This document shows positions 12,625 to 26,531 of a stretch of 64,000 bases of DNA, piece after piece (position 1 is the first letter of the stretch; each line of letters begins with the position of its first letter). The notes under the pieces were generated by a model. That model was not told the DNA's origin. It searched no databases and was given only the letters and a program-made list of their open reading frames with translations. Source of the DNA: Botryllus schlosseri. Lineage: Eukaryota. Made by a program: the position numbers and the translations under genes. The stretch covers positions 24,554,001 through 24,618,000 of the forward strand of contig CM119372.1 of assembly GCA_051294905.1 (NCBI GenBank). The letters are read 5' to 3'.

Positions 12625-14959
12625 TGTTAGAGCTAGAGTTCACCTGCCCTCATGCTCTGCTGTGAGCGATATCAGTAATACATTTAGTCGAATAATTGAT
12701 TTCAATCAACTGCTATATGTGATGTGGGTTAAATTTACCTCATCTAGATACTAGCTATTATGACATGACATTTCTTACACGGTGCCCTGTATCAAGGATG
12801 ACAGTGTGACAGAAATTAAGTTGTGCACTTTAACGTTGCATTCGTCTATGCATTAGTTTTGGCAACTGCCAGCACTTATCACCAGTAGTTGCTTGATTGC
12901 TTCGGTGCGTGTTTGACGAGACGTTATGCAGACTGTGGAATTGTAATTGTTCACCTTTCGTTTGTACGAAGTTTTTCATGTACGAAGTTTTTCATATTCC
13001 TCCTGTTTAGGCAAGATTAAAAGTGTGTGAGAAATAAAAGAATATATTTTAAATATGAAGTGCTGTCTCTTTTTGGATATGGAATGGATATATAAATTAA
13101 ATTCAAATCATTCTGTGCTGAAATGAATTTCAAGATCAATGATGACTCTTTTTTCAAGTGTAGGCTACACATGCTTAGGCTGATGGCCTTTTGTCGTGGA
13201 TTATCGGTTCCTCCTGTAGATGAACTATGTCACTGATCCATTTCATTTTGTATATGGATTTGTCAAGGTCACTGTTAAATTGGTGCAAAGTCCACCTGAT
13301 TTTTAGCAGCTGATGTTACATGCTCCTGAATATCTTCATTTTCTAATTACAGTAGTGCAATCTGTCTCTTCTTGACCTGATTCAATTTCTATTGTTATGA
13401 AGGGATCTGGTAATGCATAAATTGAGCTCCTAACATTTATAACAATTGAAGTTCTGTCGGTAAGAATCGAATAAATAGGCTATGCTTGCTACCTTGTTTA
13501 TGCTGTTGTGGGTTGTTTCGACATCGGTGTATAACTACAGAGGTTGGTTCAAATGCTAAGATTGAAGTAGGCTACCCTTTCCCACTTATTATGTACAGTG
13601 AGCAATGACTGGTGTTATTGAGTAAAAGTTTCTCAAATATATTTATGATGCATCGTTAACTCGCAACACTGACATTGCTCTATAATAATTTGTATTGATG
13701 TGTGCTCAGTTCGATTAGTCTCTTCAAACTCAATTATTGTATTTTAACATTTTAATTGTCTTCACTTTTTATATGAAGCTGCGTATTTTTAACATGTTAG
13801 CATTAAGAGCATTTCGTGGGCTTGGCAATATCATTGGATGTAGAAGTTTACCTTCAAGACAACTTCACTGTTCATCATGTCAGGTATGATTCGGAACTAA
13901 TATTGTTTCAAGTGTTCGTTTGATGTCGTGTGAATGTTGCATGGTAAAAAAGGTTTGACAATCATATTAATTTTTTAGAGAGTCGAAAATTGTTTCTGTA
14001 TTTTGTACAAGTTGCAAGTCATCATACACATAACTGCTTTCTTCCAAGATCTCACATAACATAACATTAAAACACATTTAATAAGGTAATGTGGGTATAT
14101 CAACTCAGTGACAGTTCATTTCAGTGACACAATAAAAAGTGCATTTCAATCGAATGAGGGAAAATCATTTCAATGACATTCAGAACAGTGTATTTTTGAG
14201 TGATATACCGGTATTCAAAAATGCTGTTTTAAATTAATCAATGTGTACTTTATTTTCTTCAAATTCATGAATGAATTTTGTCCGTAATATTGTTAGTTGC
14301 ACGTAAATTACTATCAATTCTCAGCCCATGTGATCGAGTTTAGTGGTGCTGGTGCTGACCTGAGGCTGGGTTTTGATGCGGCAGCCGATGATGGGAATTT
14401 GACTTGCAGATTGTGAGACAAGTGGACCTGCTGTCACTACTGAGTTAGGATGACCGACCATAGTAGATGAATAATAAGATGCGCGAGATCACATGGTGAA
14501 TCAATCTGCGCTATTTTGTATTTAGAAAACGCTCATCTTTGAAAGAGATTACGAATTACCAGATGGTCCTCTTTACGCAGCCAAATTGGAGAAGAAGAAT
14601 CATATCTATAGGGTGGTATCAATTGAAACGGGACCAACGGAGCTGGAAATAATTCTCACAAAAGATTCTTTGGGTTTGTTCTTGCACTTCTTGTATTAAT
14701 CATTCTATATGTAGCTGCGCTGTACACAGCTCTGTTATTTGTTCCTAGAATATTAATATATAGGCTATAATGATGTTCCGTGGCCCAAAAACTCGCATTA
14801 AAAGTTGTGTTTTCACTTACAGTGAAATAAGGCTTATCGTGTTTTTAGTTATTTCTAAACACTACTACCGTAATGGCTTGCAAGTCATTTACAACCTATT
14901 AACAACGAAGAAAATACATTAGCAATTCCTTCGTTTCACTGGAAGGAAATAGTCTACTG

Positions 14960-15943
14960 CAGTGGTTCCCAACCGGGGGGAATTCCCCCCTTGGGGGGAA
15001 TTTTGAACTTTTTAGGGGGGAATCTGGCTTTGGCGTTGTATCGGAATATACTCTGGATTCACATTGTGTGGTGAGATAGCGTAGTGCTATAATCCACAGC
15101 TGCAACACCAATAGGTTGTGGGTTCGAGTCCGACCGAGGTCGACTCCAGAATTCCTGCATAAGTGTTTGGGGTTTATCTAGGCTCCTCCTTGCCATCTCA
15201 TCTGTGTAAGCGGTGTCTCATGAAAGCCTAGAATAGGGCCGTGCTACAAGTCGGCAGGTACGGTAAAAAAATTAATGAAATTGGAATGGTGTAAATGCCC
15301 ATAGTAGTCAACGCACACCATGAACACCTCAAAACAAACATACTGGGTTCACAAGGTTTTTAGATTTTTATGGCAGAACTCTCAAATAGAAATTAGTTCT
15401 TTACAATTGTATGTTTCTTTAGTGGATTTTAAGCTGGGTGTATACTTAAATGCCTTCCGTGGATATTACACCCCCTGGTAAAGTGAGGCACGCGAGACGA
15501 TTTCGTTGGGCCCGCGACAGCCTCTCTACCAAATTTCTACTATAAGCAGGAAAAAGTCCAGCCGAATTCAGCACAAGGCCACTACCTTTTCAAGCCAACA
15601 TATGAGCTAACGTGAAAAACATCAAATTCATCGACACGACTCAAGGCCATAGCAAGCGGACTTGGTGATTTGTTTTTCGTCCGCGGCCACCCGATCGGTA
15701 AAAATGCACAAGTCAAATTTGGCTGTACTTTACCAAAGTGTAGTGCGGTCCGCATTCGACATAGTTCGGACATATCTGAATATGTTTGGCCAGTAATTGC
15801 TCAGTCAACAAATGGTTGAGCGCTAAAAAGCGCCTTTCTTTAGTCCCAGGCAACTTTTTCATAGGGGACGGGGGGGGGGGGGGGAATATTAGCTCAAATA
15901 TAGGCCAAGTGGGCCACAAGACGAAAAAGGTTGGGAACCACTG
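14960..15943. mobile_element. hAT-type non-autonomous element containing a SINE-B insertion
   Basis: TIR CAGTGGTTCCCAACC/GGTTGGGAACCACTG; perfect TSD GTCTACTG. Confidence 0.85.
15069..15340 (+). mobile_element. tRNA-derived SINE, family B
   Basis: Box B GGTTCGAGTCC and A-rich tail; colinear with 49040-49313. A reverse copy at ~23340-23568 continues at ~24247-24285. Confidence 0.8.
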
Positions 15944-18189
15944 GTCTACTGGCTAAGTCCTATCAGAAATGCAGGAAAGGCTGTGACAACATCTGCAGAT
16001 GTGAATTAACCGAAAGGTTATGGAGTCAGAGCAAGTATTTTTCCTCTCCATGCAATCCGGGGGTGCCAAGTGACTGGCAGTGAAGCCGTGAACACCGATT
16101 TTACAAGCAAGTCTTTGATCTGACCCATTCGGTGTTTACAATTGTTGAATTCTAAAACATGGGTTGTTTTGGAAGATTAGGGATATCCTTCAGAAAATAA
16201 AAAAGCAAATCAGATAAATCGAAAATGGTGAATCTGACAAAGAAAATAGTCAAAGTTGATGAATTCTTGTTCGCATTGTATACAACATAATTTAGATTCC
16301 CATTCAGGTAATGCTCACAAATGCCGATGCTAGAATGTGTCACAAGGCGCATTTTTGCCCAAGAAAGGCCATTTTTGGTCGAGGAATGATAAAGTGTTGT
16401 GCAATTTGCAAATGTCCCACGTAAGGTAGGGTGGGGTGGTATAATTAGTCAATTTAGACATGGACACTGTCCATTTAGTTAGTGATCCTTTTGTATTTGT
16501 CACTAGGCATCAACAGTGCCATAGAGTTGTCGAAATGTGGCAGTGAATAGCAAAAAGGTTACGCACACGTGATCTAGTAGGCCTAGATCACCATTTAAAC
16601 GATTTTACATCCAATTAATGTACCTAATTATTGGCTTGAGGTGCTCGTCCTGGCATCTACTGATGTATGTTTCTCGCAGAACATGGCGTTGCTGGCGAAG
16701 TGCTATCCGTCGAAACTGAAGTTGGACGACAACTTATTAAGAATTTTGAGGCCGCCTATGCGTCACCAGAGAATTTGGCTGAAATCGCGAGCAGCTTTGT
16801 ACGGAAGATATGGTATATCGATGATTGCTTATTTCAAAATGCAGTCTTTTTTCAGACTAAGAAATCCGGGCAGACCATCAGCGGCAGAAGAATGTTGCTG
16901 TGGCTGCGTACCCGAGAGTATCTGACTTGCGCTATGCGTGAAGATGTTGAATGGACCCTCACGCCGGGAATGGCAGCTCGTGCTTTCTTGAGGGCAAGTC
17001 TTTTGCTGTATTCCTGATAAATTTAATGCTTTTCATGCTTTTGGTACCTCATTTCACCATCATATGATTCATATCACAAGTATCGGACAAGTTTATTTGT
17101 TGAGATGTTGTAAACTGACTGGTTCATTCGTTTACAATTAGAAATTTTGCTACATTTGTGTCTGGATATCACACTACTGATGGTGGTGTGATCAAAATAT
17201 TCAGTTATAGACGTCCCAGAATATTCATTGACTGCAATTATGCGTTTGTCGGTAGATGCATTCGTCCCTATGTTGAAAAAGATCATCGGCATGGAATGGA
17301 CCTGTTGCACTGCATATGTATTCGATTTCGAAATAATAATATTGATTGGAACAAGTACACATGAAAGAGTTTAGAATGCAAAAATCAAACAGTTTTTATC
17401 CAAGGACTGTATGAGTGCCCATACCTTTAGAGCAGCTGTTCATATTTTGGGTTCCGCCTAATCCCCAGGGGTTTTTCGATTTGGTTCAACCAACTTTTAT
17501 GATTAGTGCCTTCATGCTATACTTGGCATAATTAACTGCAGCTTATCAGACCACATTGCTCCTCGAGGTTGGCCTGAGCTCGGTCATCTCTGACTGAATT
17601 AGTGACTGCCTCGGCCGTTTGTCATTTATACTGTGCTTTCAACAGTTGAAATCTGTGTTCATGACCACTCGAGATGCTCATAATTACATAAATCAAAATC
17701 TGGACGTATGTCTTTTGTAACCACTTCAATGTTCTCTTTCATAGTATCACAAGCTGGTGGTTCCGGAATCGGCGCTGAAATTGCCAGACTATCCAATTAC
17801 ATCTTCCGACCCGGAATCATGGAAAGAACATGACATAGGAATTACGGTAAATATATCTGGGCCAATTGGTCATGTTGCCAATATTATTGTAGCCAAGTCA
17901 CCCGGCTGGCACGAATAAGCGGCAGCTCTAAACAGCTTCCAGCTAACTACAAGCAATAACCAAGTTATTCATAGGTTTGTTAAGGCCCAGTTTGGCATCC
18001 ACATCGGTCAGATCCAGTCTACAATCAACTGTGCGCTTTCGAATGGAATCCTACCAGCAATGCAGTAGAAACACAATTTTTTGCATTGTCTCCCATGTCT
18101 TTTTGCGATAACTTAATTATATGGAAGCACTGCAAACCACTGGTATTGACTCGAATAGGTTTTCAAATCATATTTTCGAAATCATCTTT

Positions 18190-18400
18190 TGTAGTAGTAT
18201 ATTCATGTTGAAATAAACCCAAATATTTTCGGCTGACACTCATCATAGGTAATCATCAGCAACTAGTAGAGAATTGGAAAGAACATTGTATATCGACAAT
18301 CACATCACAAAATATAACCTCACCGGCACAAAATTTTGAATAATCGGGGCTGAGAAAGGGTTTAAGCGAGCAACATATTTAGTGCGCAAGCTGTTGAATC
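18190..18400 (-). mobile_element. Degenerate Penelope-like terminal repeat fragment
   Basis: Colinear with 61835-61990; contains a decayed hammerhead core at 18218-18249. Confidence 0.65.
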
Positions 18401-21400
18401 CTCTCCCCATGACCGGCGAATATTGTGCCTGTGTTGTATAGTGGGTACAGCTATATTTTGAAGTTTTGAAAATGTTGATTTCTGTTACTCCTACCAGAAC
18501 TGCATGTTGGGATGAACACAGTTTGTGCCTGCATAGGTATGAATATCAGAATCAGGAAATGGTGTCTTAGCACTGAGCAGGCATCATAATAGCAAGCATG
18601 TGTAACACTGGAGGGGCAACATAGAGACACCTATCTGCATATGAACTACTTGCATAACAGCGTTGTCCAAACAAAAGAAATCAGTTCTTGTTGCAACAAC
18701 ATTACTTGGCCCTCCCACCTTAGGCTCTTAACTGCACACCTGTCCCTATCGTGTCTTTGATATGGGTATTTGTTTTCAGGTAAATAGCGTGGACACAGTG
18801 GCGATGAAAATGGTTGTTGTTCCCTGGACAAAAAAATGAAGCAAAATCTCCTGAACCTGGTGTTGCTGGGGGACCGGATGACTTACAAATGAACGAGGTA
18901 GTCCTTGATGTGCTGCCCGAGGATACCTGTTGTAGATGGCTTAGGAATGCTACGGTCCAAGCCATAGGTGCAACGTCAAACCAAGTACATGAAAACAATT
19001 GCTCAGCTACGATTATGTTTCATTGGTACACACAATGTAGATTGAAAAAGAAAATTAAAAAAAAAAAGATTCTCCTGTCCTGTACATTTGTCATGGTCTG
19101 GTAATTTGAGCATTGATGACTTAGGTTTTGGTATGCAAGACTATACGTGCCCTTCAATTTTGACATTGTAGATCTGTGCCCCCGTCGATGTTGAGAAATA
19201 ACCCTCAATGTATGTCATCTGGAAATAAAAGGTTTTCGGGGCTCGAATATTGTGTAATGTTATCTGTCGAATGGAATCCCCTCGAAGTATCATGAGATGC
19301 TAGTGTGGAAATATGATTTTAGCAGGAACGTACGATCAGGACTCAGGAGTCAGGAGAGCCAATTGAAGCATTGCTCAGTGGTGTAAGTCAAATGCTATTG
19401 TCGCACTGATTTCAGAGGAACCGCATCAGAACCCCTCCAGCTCGCCCCGTTTTCTTTAACACTATTCTACCAGTCTTGTGTAAAATTCATTTATTGGTGT
19501 CAATGTATGAAATTACTGATTTCGGTACAGTTCACCTTCATGTGAGTTCAAAAAACGATGTTTCGACTCTGATCTGAAGCTACCGCTAAATTGTAATTAT
19601 AATGGCCTTATTTTTTTCATCTAATTTTACCACAGTGCTGTGTGTTTTTATTCGTGTTTTTTCATTTATTCATAAAAGATTTTCTTCGTGGCAATATCTC
19701 TTTCGGTAGTTTTTTGGTTGTCGAGAACCTTGGCCGAAGATCGCGCGGAATGGCCATTTCCTTGCAACCGGAGTCCCGCGTTATGAATGCGACGAGAAGA
19801 GGCAATAAATACTGCGTCCCGTGAATAAATAAAATTGAGAATCGTGCGCTTTTATTTGGGTGTGGTACGTGTGAGCGATCTTTTAGGTGACCACAACGTT
19901 TTCCGGAGGTTACGAAATAACATCATTCTTCAACGAAGTCAGTGATTACAAGTGTAGGCCTACCGCCCGACGCTCACCCTCCAAAAACTCATGAATAATC
20001 TTACCGTTCGGTATGAACGTATAGCTCAAGATGAATAACTGTGTGCTTCTAAATCTTTGAAGACAACGCTTTTATTAGCTCTACCGATAAATCTTATAAT
20101 GATAACTAGGGTCATTTTAAAGTCATATTTTTTCTACGCATCTGTAAGTCGTGAAATCAATTTTAACGCAGCAAAAACCGCATCCCTATTAGGTATCTTA
20201 GGAAATTTATAAAGTCATATTTTCCTGGTTAGGTCATAAATCAGTTTTTTAAGGTATATAGTCGTATTTTTGAGTCATATCGTTGTATACTTCAGGGGTA
20301 TCTAGAAATCCCTGGTATAGCCTACTTTAAATACAAGCTACCAAGTTAAGCGGTCAAGCAATTAAGCGCTAAGAAAGTAATGCAATTTCAGATTGAACGA
20401 AGGCAAACTGTAGGATTGGCCATTATTAAAAATAAAACGTCCATCAATTAGAAAGCTGTTTGTAGATTTGGGAAAACTGTGACCTCTGAATCAGCCTGTC
20501 GCCAAAAAGTATTTGAATTGAGTGAAGCAGACAATCGAAAACTGCTGGATAAATTGAGTGGCTAATACTTTTTTGTGATTAATGAAACATTTGAGAGGCA
20601 AAAAAATTCTGCACACGCTTTGTGGTACACCGGAAAAGCCTGAATCTTGTTTTCGTGTTTAAAGCTCTGTGCTAGACATATCGCCAAATAGCCAGAAGAT
20701 AATAAATGAACTTTACGATGTGGTGGAAGAACATGAAATTAACAGATATATAGCAAGTAAATTTATTGATATCTGACGCAGCAGCTTACATGTGTTGCGC
20801 TGGAAAAATCTAAATGCAGTATCTGATACAACTCCGCATTGCTTTTCGCCTCAACTATACATACGGGCATTATAATAACGGCAGAAGGCAACATTCCATG
20901 ACATTATCTGAAATAGAGCTCTGTGGTAAACAAAAGTTAAGAGCCGTTGTTCCAAAGCAAAATTATCATTTGCATTCAATGATAGACTACGGTCGAATTT
21001 TTATGTGAAGAAACTTTGTACTTCTTAGTATGTAGCAGCACGAACCCACCTCTCTGTACCGTCCGAAGGGCTCATTTTTCGGCCTTTGGCAGCCCATCAG
21101 AGCGTATTTACGACCGCTTCTCACAACTACTTACTTTCTTAATTGAGTAGATTGGAGCGTCGCTATTTCTACTTCTACTTGAAGTAGTTTCAGGTTGCTT
21201 TTAAAAGGACTACTGCTTCTCGTACTTGAGTAGACTTTAGCTCCGCTACTTCTACTTGAGTAGCTCTCTCGACTAATTTGACCACCTCTGTCTAGAACAG
21301 GATCTCCAACTCTAATATATGCTCAGGGGCCAATTTCCTAGTCATTGATGACACCGCGGGCCACAGCCAATCCGTCAGACACCGCCGGCCAATCGTCGTA

Positions 21401-22530
21401 TTTTTGCTAATTCCGATGTTTGTGAATAAAGGTGATTCTAGAATAGAGCCCCTATGATCCGCTAACCAATGCAATATGTAATATGCTTGATAAAACAGAA
21501 GTATTCAAACACAAATCTAGGGTATGGATTTTGAGGAAACATTTTGGAATCATTTGACTGGTCCGGCCAGCGAGCTAATCAAAATTTTTGAATCCAGCGC
21601 GCAACCCAAGTTGGTATTGACACCCTGGCAAAACAGAGCGATCACGAGCAACTGTAGAAAACTGAATGCAGGTGTTGTCCGATCTCAGAAACGCAAGATG
21701 TTATCTGATCCTAGTCCTAGTCTCGCATGGTATCAGTAGAATGTGAATTGAAGATAGAGTTGTCAGTTGTCACGTGTCGTCATCCTGCAATCTTCGCATT
21801 CGACTTGAAACATTTTGTCGAATGACTTGTGGAGAAACTTAGCAAATTTCCAAAAATTACAAATAATTGCACCATCTATTTTGCTTTAAAACTGCTTCGA
21901 TGGTTATGAATTTAGGCCTATATGAATTTGTAGCCTACGGCTAATTATGCAGTCATTGCCCTGGGCCTACATCGACTCACTAAACAGGTCAGCAACTTAG
22001 ATTTCGCTTACAATCAATGTCGGGCAGTATATGATGAACGCTAGACGTCTTGGTATTCTTATTCCCAACTGCCAAAAGGTGCATAGCGCATCATCAAAAG
22101 TGATAGATATTGATCCTGCCGTGCTGTCTAGTCGAAAAATATTACAACATTAAGATCATTAGAAAAATAGAACAGGCAGGCATAGTCGTGGCAACGGCAC
22201 TGAAAAGGATAGATATAGTCTGCTAGCAGAGCAGCTGACCGTTTCCTGGCCCAACGCAAAACTTATGCGATATAAACCGAAAAAATTGCATTACTGAATA
22301 AGCTATCTTGACTACCTATAGTATAAAGCAGGGGTCGAGAACTATTAAAGTCAAAGAGCCATATTGGACCAAATTTCAATTGTAATCTCCGGATAGCCTT
22401 TCGAGTTCAATCGATCTGCTACGTCAAAATTGAATATTCGTGACATCATGGTGACACGAAATCGAAATTCACTCATAGGATTCGTCGAGTGCGCCATATT
22501 TTCTGCAGTCGAAACTGCTGCGATGTTTAA

Positions 22531-23294
22531 AGGGGCACTGCACTCAAAAAATGATGTGGTCTCAAATTGAAGAGCAGAACGAAAAAAAAAATTTGGCCGC
22601 AGCCGTTTTCTTCAGAACGCCACCGTAATGGAGCTGCAATTTATGGAAATTTCCAGAGTTGCAGCAGTCGCGGCTCCGGATAATCTCTTAACCCGTTACA
22701 TGGCACGATGACTTCATCGTCGCACTTGCTCGACGCGATTACGCAGAGGACGAACTTTAGATAGTTGTCAGTCGATGTTATGAATGACTCATGTCTTGCA
22801 CACCAAGGCGGCGCTCAACGTACGGTGTTAGGTCAGGAGGATTTGTGTCTGGAGCTTGTCACGACTCTATAGTATTTGCCAGTTGAATGATACTGAGATG
22901 CCGTTACAGTTGTATATTGATGCAGATACAGCTGTCATTTTCAAGATGTATTATTGACTGCACAGTGCACAACCTTTGGAGTAGTGGTCTTGCGGAAGAT
23001 ACAGACACATGATATTTGTTAGACATATTTGCTTCAGAACATCGGCTGACAACTATCTGAAGCTCGTCCTCTGCGTGACTGCGTAATCGCGTCGAGCAAG
23101 TGCGACGATGAAGTCATCGTGCCATGTAACGGGTTAAGAGACTATCCGGAGCCGCGACTGCTGCAACTCTGGAAATTTCAATAAATTGCAGCTCCATTAC
23201 GGTGGCGTTCTGAAGAAAACGGCTGCGGCCAAAATTTTTTTTTCGTTCTGCTCTTCAATTTGAGACCACATCATTTTTTGAGTGCAGTGCCCCT
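22531..23294. mobile_element. TTAA-targeting MITE with ~225-bp near-perfect TIRs (Kolobok-like AGG ends)
   Basis: TTAA|AGGGGCACTGCACTC...GAGTGCAGTGCCCCT|TTAA. A related left end starts at 32762. Superfamily assignment rests on TSD and termini only. Confidence 0.8.
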
Positions 23295-23625
23295 TTAAGC
23301 ACTATAAATCATGCCGATGGCCCGGCATTTGAGCATTGTTGTTTGTGATATTTGTGGTATTTGTCGACTATACTATGCTCATTTACACCTGGCCAATTTT
23401 ATTCCGTAGCTGTCGACTTGTAGAGCGACCCTCTTCTAGGATTTTTATAAGACACCGCTTACACGCATGATATGGCGAGGAGGAGCCCATTAATATAACA
23501 CTTAGGTAGTGACTTTGGAGTCCACATCGGTTCGAACTCGAACCCGCAACCCATTGGCGTTGCAGCTAGCGTTGCATTTAAAACAAAAATCAATTTGAAC
23601 AAGTGATTTGTGGTACAGAACTTCA

Positions 23626-23846
23626 GAATAACGCGAAACAATAACTTCATATTGTTAATTTATTCGCTAAAAGCTTTTCGACTAACTCTCATCAGTAGCG
23701 AACGTTAGTGATGGGGTGAATCAAATTCGAAATGTTACATTTCGAATTTGATTCACCCCATCACTAACGTTCGCTACTGATGAGAGTTAGTCGAAAAGCT
23801 TTTAGCGAATAAATTAACAATATGAAGTTATTGTTTCGCGTTATTC
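23626..23846. repeat. Perfect 221-bp palindrome derived from a Penelope-like terminal repeat
   Basis: 110-bp arms around a single T at 23736. Preceded by GTACAGAACTTCA, shared with Penelope ends at 29155 and 61809. Flanked by the 16-bp duplication CAAAAATCAATTTGAA. Confidence 0.9.
23770..23809 (+). ncRNA. Minimal type I hammerhead ribozyme (mirror copy on - strand at 23663-23702)
   Basis: TTCGCTA-CTGATGA-GAGTTAGTC-GAAA-AGCT-TT-TAGCGAA: 7-bp stem I, canonical core, palindromic helix III loop. Confidence 0.75.
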
Positions 23847-24581
23847 AAAAATCAATTTGAAACAAAAATGTTTAAAACAAGGCCCTTGTTTAAAACATGT
23901 TTTTTATAGTTTTTTGTTGTTTTGTTTTTTAGGCCATGCCGTCATGAATAGTCAATTATGACGTCATAGTGAATTGACATTGACAATAGAAAATATAGGG
24001 TCAATATAGCTCCTTTGACGAAATATCTGTACTATTGCTGTTGAACAGACTATTTTGTGTCGGGTGTCAACCAATCCATATCGATATACGTCGGCTATAT
24101 CGGGAGGTAATTGTCCGTAGGCTCATAAAACAAGAAATTCGTAAAGTACTGACACAATTATGGCATAATTTTACAACTTAAAAAAACACTATTTTGTTTT
24201 TTTAAGGCCTTTGTTTAAAACACCGTTTGTTTTAAATTCAACCCTAGTTGCAGCTGTGGATTATTCCACTACGCTATCTCGCCACAGGCATTTCAGTGTG
24301 CGACACAGTGGAAAGTATAAAGTTGAGCATGGAATACCGTGATAGCTCCATGGTAGCTCCCGGGGTCGGGACCTTTTGCAAGCTTTCTTTTAGACCACCC
24401 GACCTTCATGTCGACAGCAAGCATATTTTTACAATCTAACAACTCATCGTTTATAGGCCGTGTCTCAATTCTCAAAAAGAATTAACCTTGAATAATCCCG
24501 TCACGTTTCCTCCTAACAGCATTGCCGTTGATCGGCCCAATAGCTAGCGACGACGTTATCAAGCAGTAAATAATTTCAGCG

Positions 24582-24765
24582 ATGCCGCTTTCGGTAGAGA
24601 AGTGCATTTTGCTATGCATCATTTGCTTTGTGCCTAAATGTGTGTTGGGCTTTTGCTCCACTGATTTTGAGAACGATCCAGGTTATCCGTATAGGAAATA
24701 CCAAGACATAACAGCCTACGATGATTCGGGCAGAGGGGATATCAGACTTTACAATGTTCCAAATG
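24582..24765 (+). CDS. MINPP1: MINPP1-like histidine acid phosphatase, exon 1 (signal peptide)
   Basis: MPLSVEKCILLCIICFVPKCVLG hydrophobic leader followed by YPYRKYQDITAYDD. Donor G|GTAAGA, phase 1, joins exon 2 in frame (G+GG=Gly). Confidence 0.75.
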
Positions 24766-25945
24766 GTAAGATCCTTTTCATTAATGCAGTTCATTTGAAG
24801 TGCAGCAGCGTCCCATCGCATACGCGGTATTCGGAGCTGTTGTTCGCATTCAACCTCATAACACATTGATTTAAGCCAGAACCGTGGCGTCTGAATTTCG
24901 TGAAATTTTCTCTTCATGGAATTTTTTACATTCCTTGGAGTCGGAATCGGGGAAACAAATACTACTGGGGGAGAGTTTGTTTAAATCCTCTAATTCCGAC
25001 CATTTTATAGATCGAAGCAACATTCTCAAATGTTACTTAATAGGGTTACCATATTTTGGGATCCGGCAAAGAGTACACTTTATACAAATCACAAAACTTT
25101 TCGGACGTGTAAACGGGTAACTATGCAATAGACCCGCTCTAGTACTTAATTTTGACAAAATTTTGACCTCCTGTATGCAAATTAGGTCTTTTCGCACGTA
25201 ATGTTTGAATTGTACTACTTCTCTTCATTTATGGTCGGAACTGTCTGTCGGCTGTCCTAACGAAGTATAGTCTGGCCTGAAAAAACTTCTTGACTTAAAA
25301 ACTGACAAATTTTTACATGAAATCTGGAGGTAAGAAGAATTCCGGTAGTTACACCACGCATTATGGTAGAATAAATTAAAATTTGTAATAGTACAACGAA
25401 AGATGCTTTTCTACATTCTCGGATAGAAAGTGCCTGTCAATCCTTACTAAGTAGCTTGCCAAGAATACAGAAAGGCCGTTCAACAGCAGGAGTTGATGGC
25501 TGGCAACACTGAAGTAGTGCGTACACTGCTGGTGACACACCAAGTTGATTCATTCTAACAATGTCGTCTACACTACATCACTATTTTTTATCATGCTCTT
25601 CCTGATATAAGAACCAATGCCCAAGCAGCCTTGCTTCAGTTAGGATATTGGGGTACGTTGAGCATAACACTATAGAGACTGTAGGCCTAGGTCTCTACTA
25701 TAAATCCATGTCAACCTATTTGTTTCATTTGACCGTTTATGATTCCCAATGAGCAGATAATGGGCCGTATACGACAGTAAGCCTCTAAAGTAGGCTACAA
25801 GCTGTAAAATGTCAAATGATAGGATCACCGACAGTTCAAACATTTACAACAGGGGTGGCCAACCTTTTCGGTTAAAGGACCACATGCAATTGACGCGCCA
25901 AGCCGCGCCAAGCGCGAAAATTTTTCAAATATCATAGGTCATTAA

Positions 25946-26399
25946 CACTTTGACTGCCAACAATCCTAAATATAGGATTTTACTCAATCCCATAAACTGC
26001 CAGCGATCCTATATTTAGGATATTTTTGAAATGAGTACAGTAAAGTCCGGAATTGGTTTTATCCCCGGATTACGGCCGTATCCGAGGCTACTGAATAGGC
26101 TTGTTGTCATAAACCCCCATTTTCGCTGCCGGAAGTATTTTTTTTAAATCACATTTGCATACAATAGGTCAACCTTTTTTTGGTTTGACCACTAGGTGGC
26201 TTTTCATAAAATGAGCAGCAAAAAATTTGAATTATTTTTATAATTCCTTGATGTTGAAAAAAAAATTTTTTTTCATAAGTTGCGCAAGGTTTGCACTTAT
26301 CAGCACGCCCGATTCCATCCAAATATCCAACTAGTCGAAAATTCATTGTTCGCTGGCGTTTACTGGCAATTTCCATAATAGGCCTTGGCAGCTAAAGTG
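25946..26399. mobile_element. TTAA-targeting MITE (piggyBac-like)
   Basis: TTAA|CACTTTGACTGCCAA...TTGGCAGCTAAAGTG|TTAA. Confidence 0.7.
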
Positions 26400-26531
26400 T
26401 TAATATTGTTACTTACTTACTGCTGTGTATGGCTGAGCTCAGTTTGCAAGGACGGGACTATTCGGCGCCTATGGACATATCGATATCGAAATCATTTTGT
26501 GCCTAGGTTTCATCGTCGACAGTCTTTCTGC

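Noticed and set aside
16400..19400. Cluster of short ORFs as a host gene
   Set aside because: No coherent exon chain or domain; faint traces suggest very old LINE debris, too weak to call.
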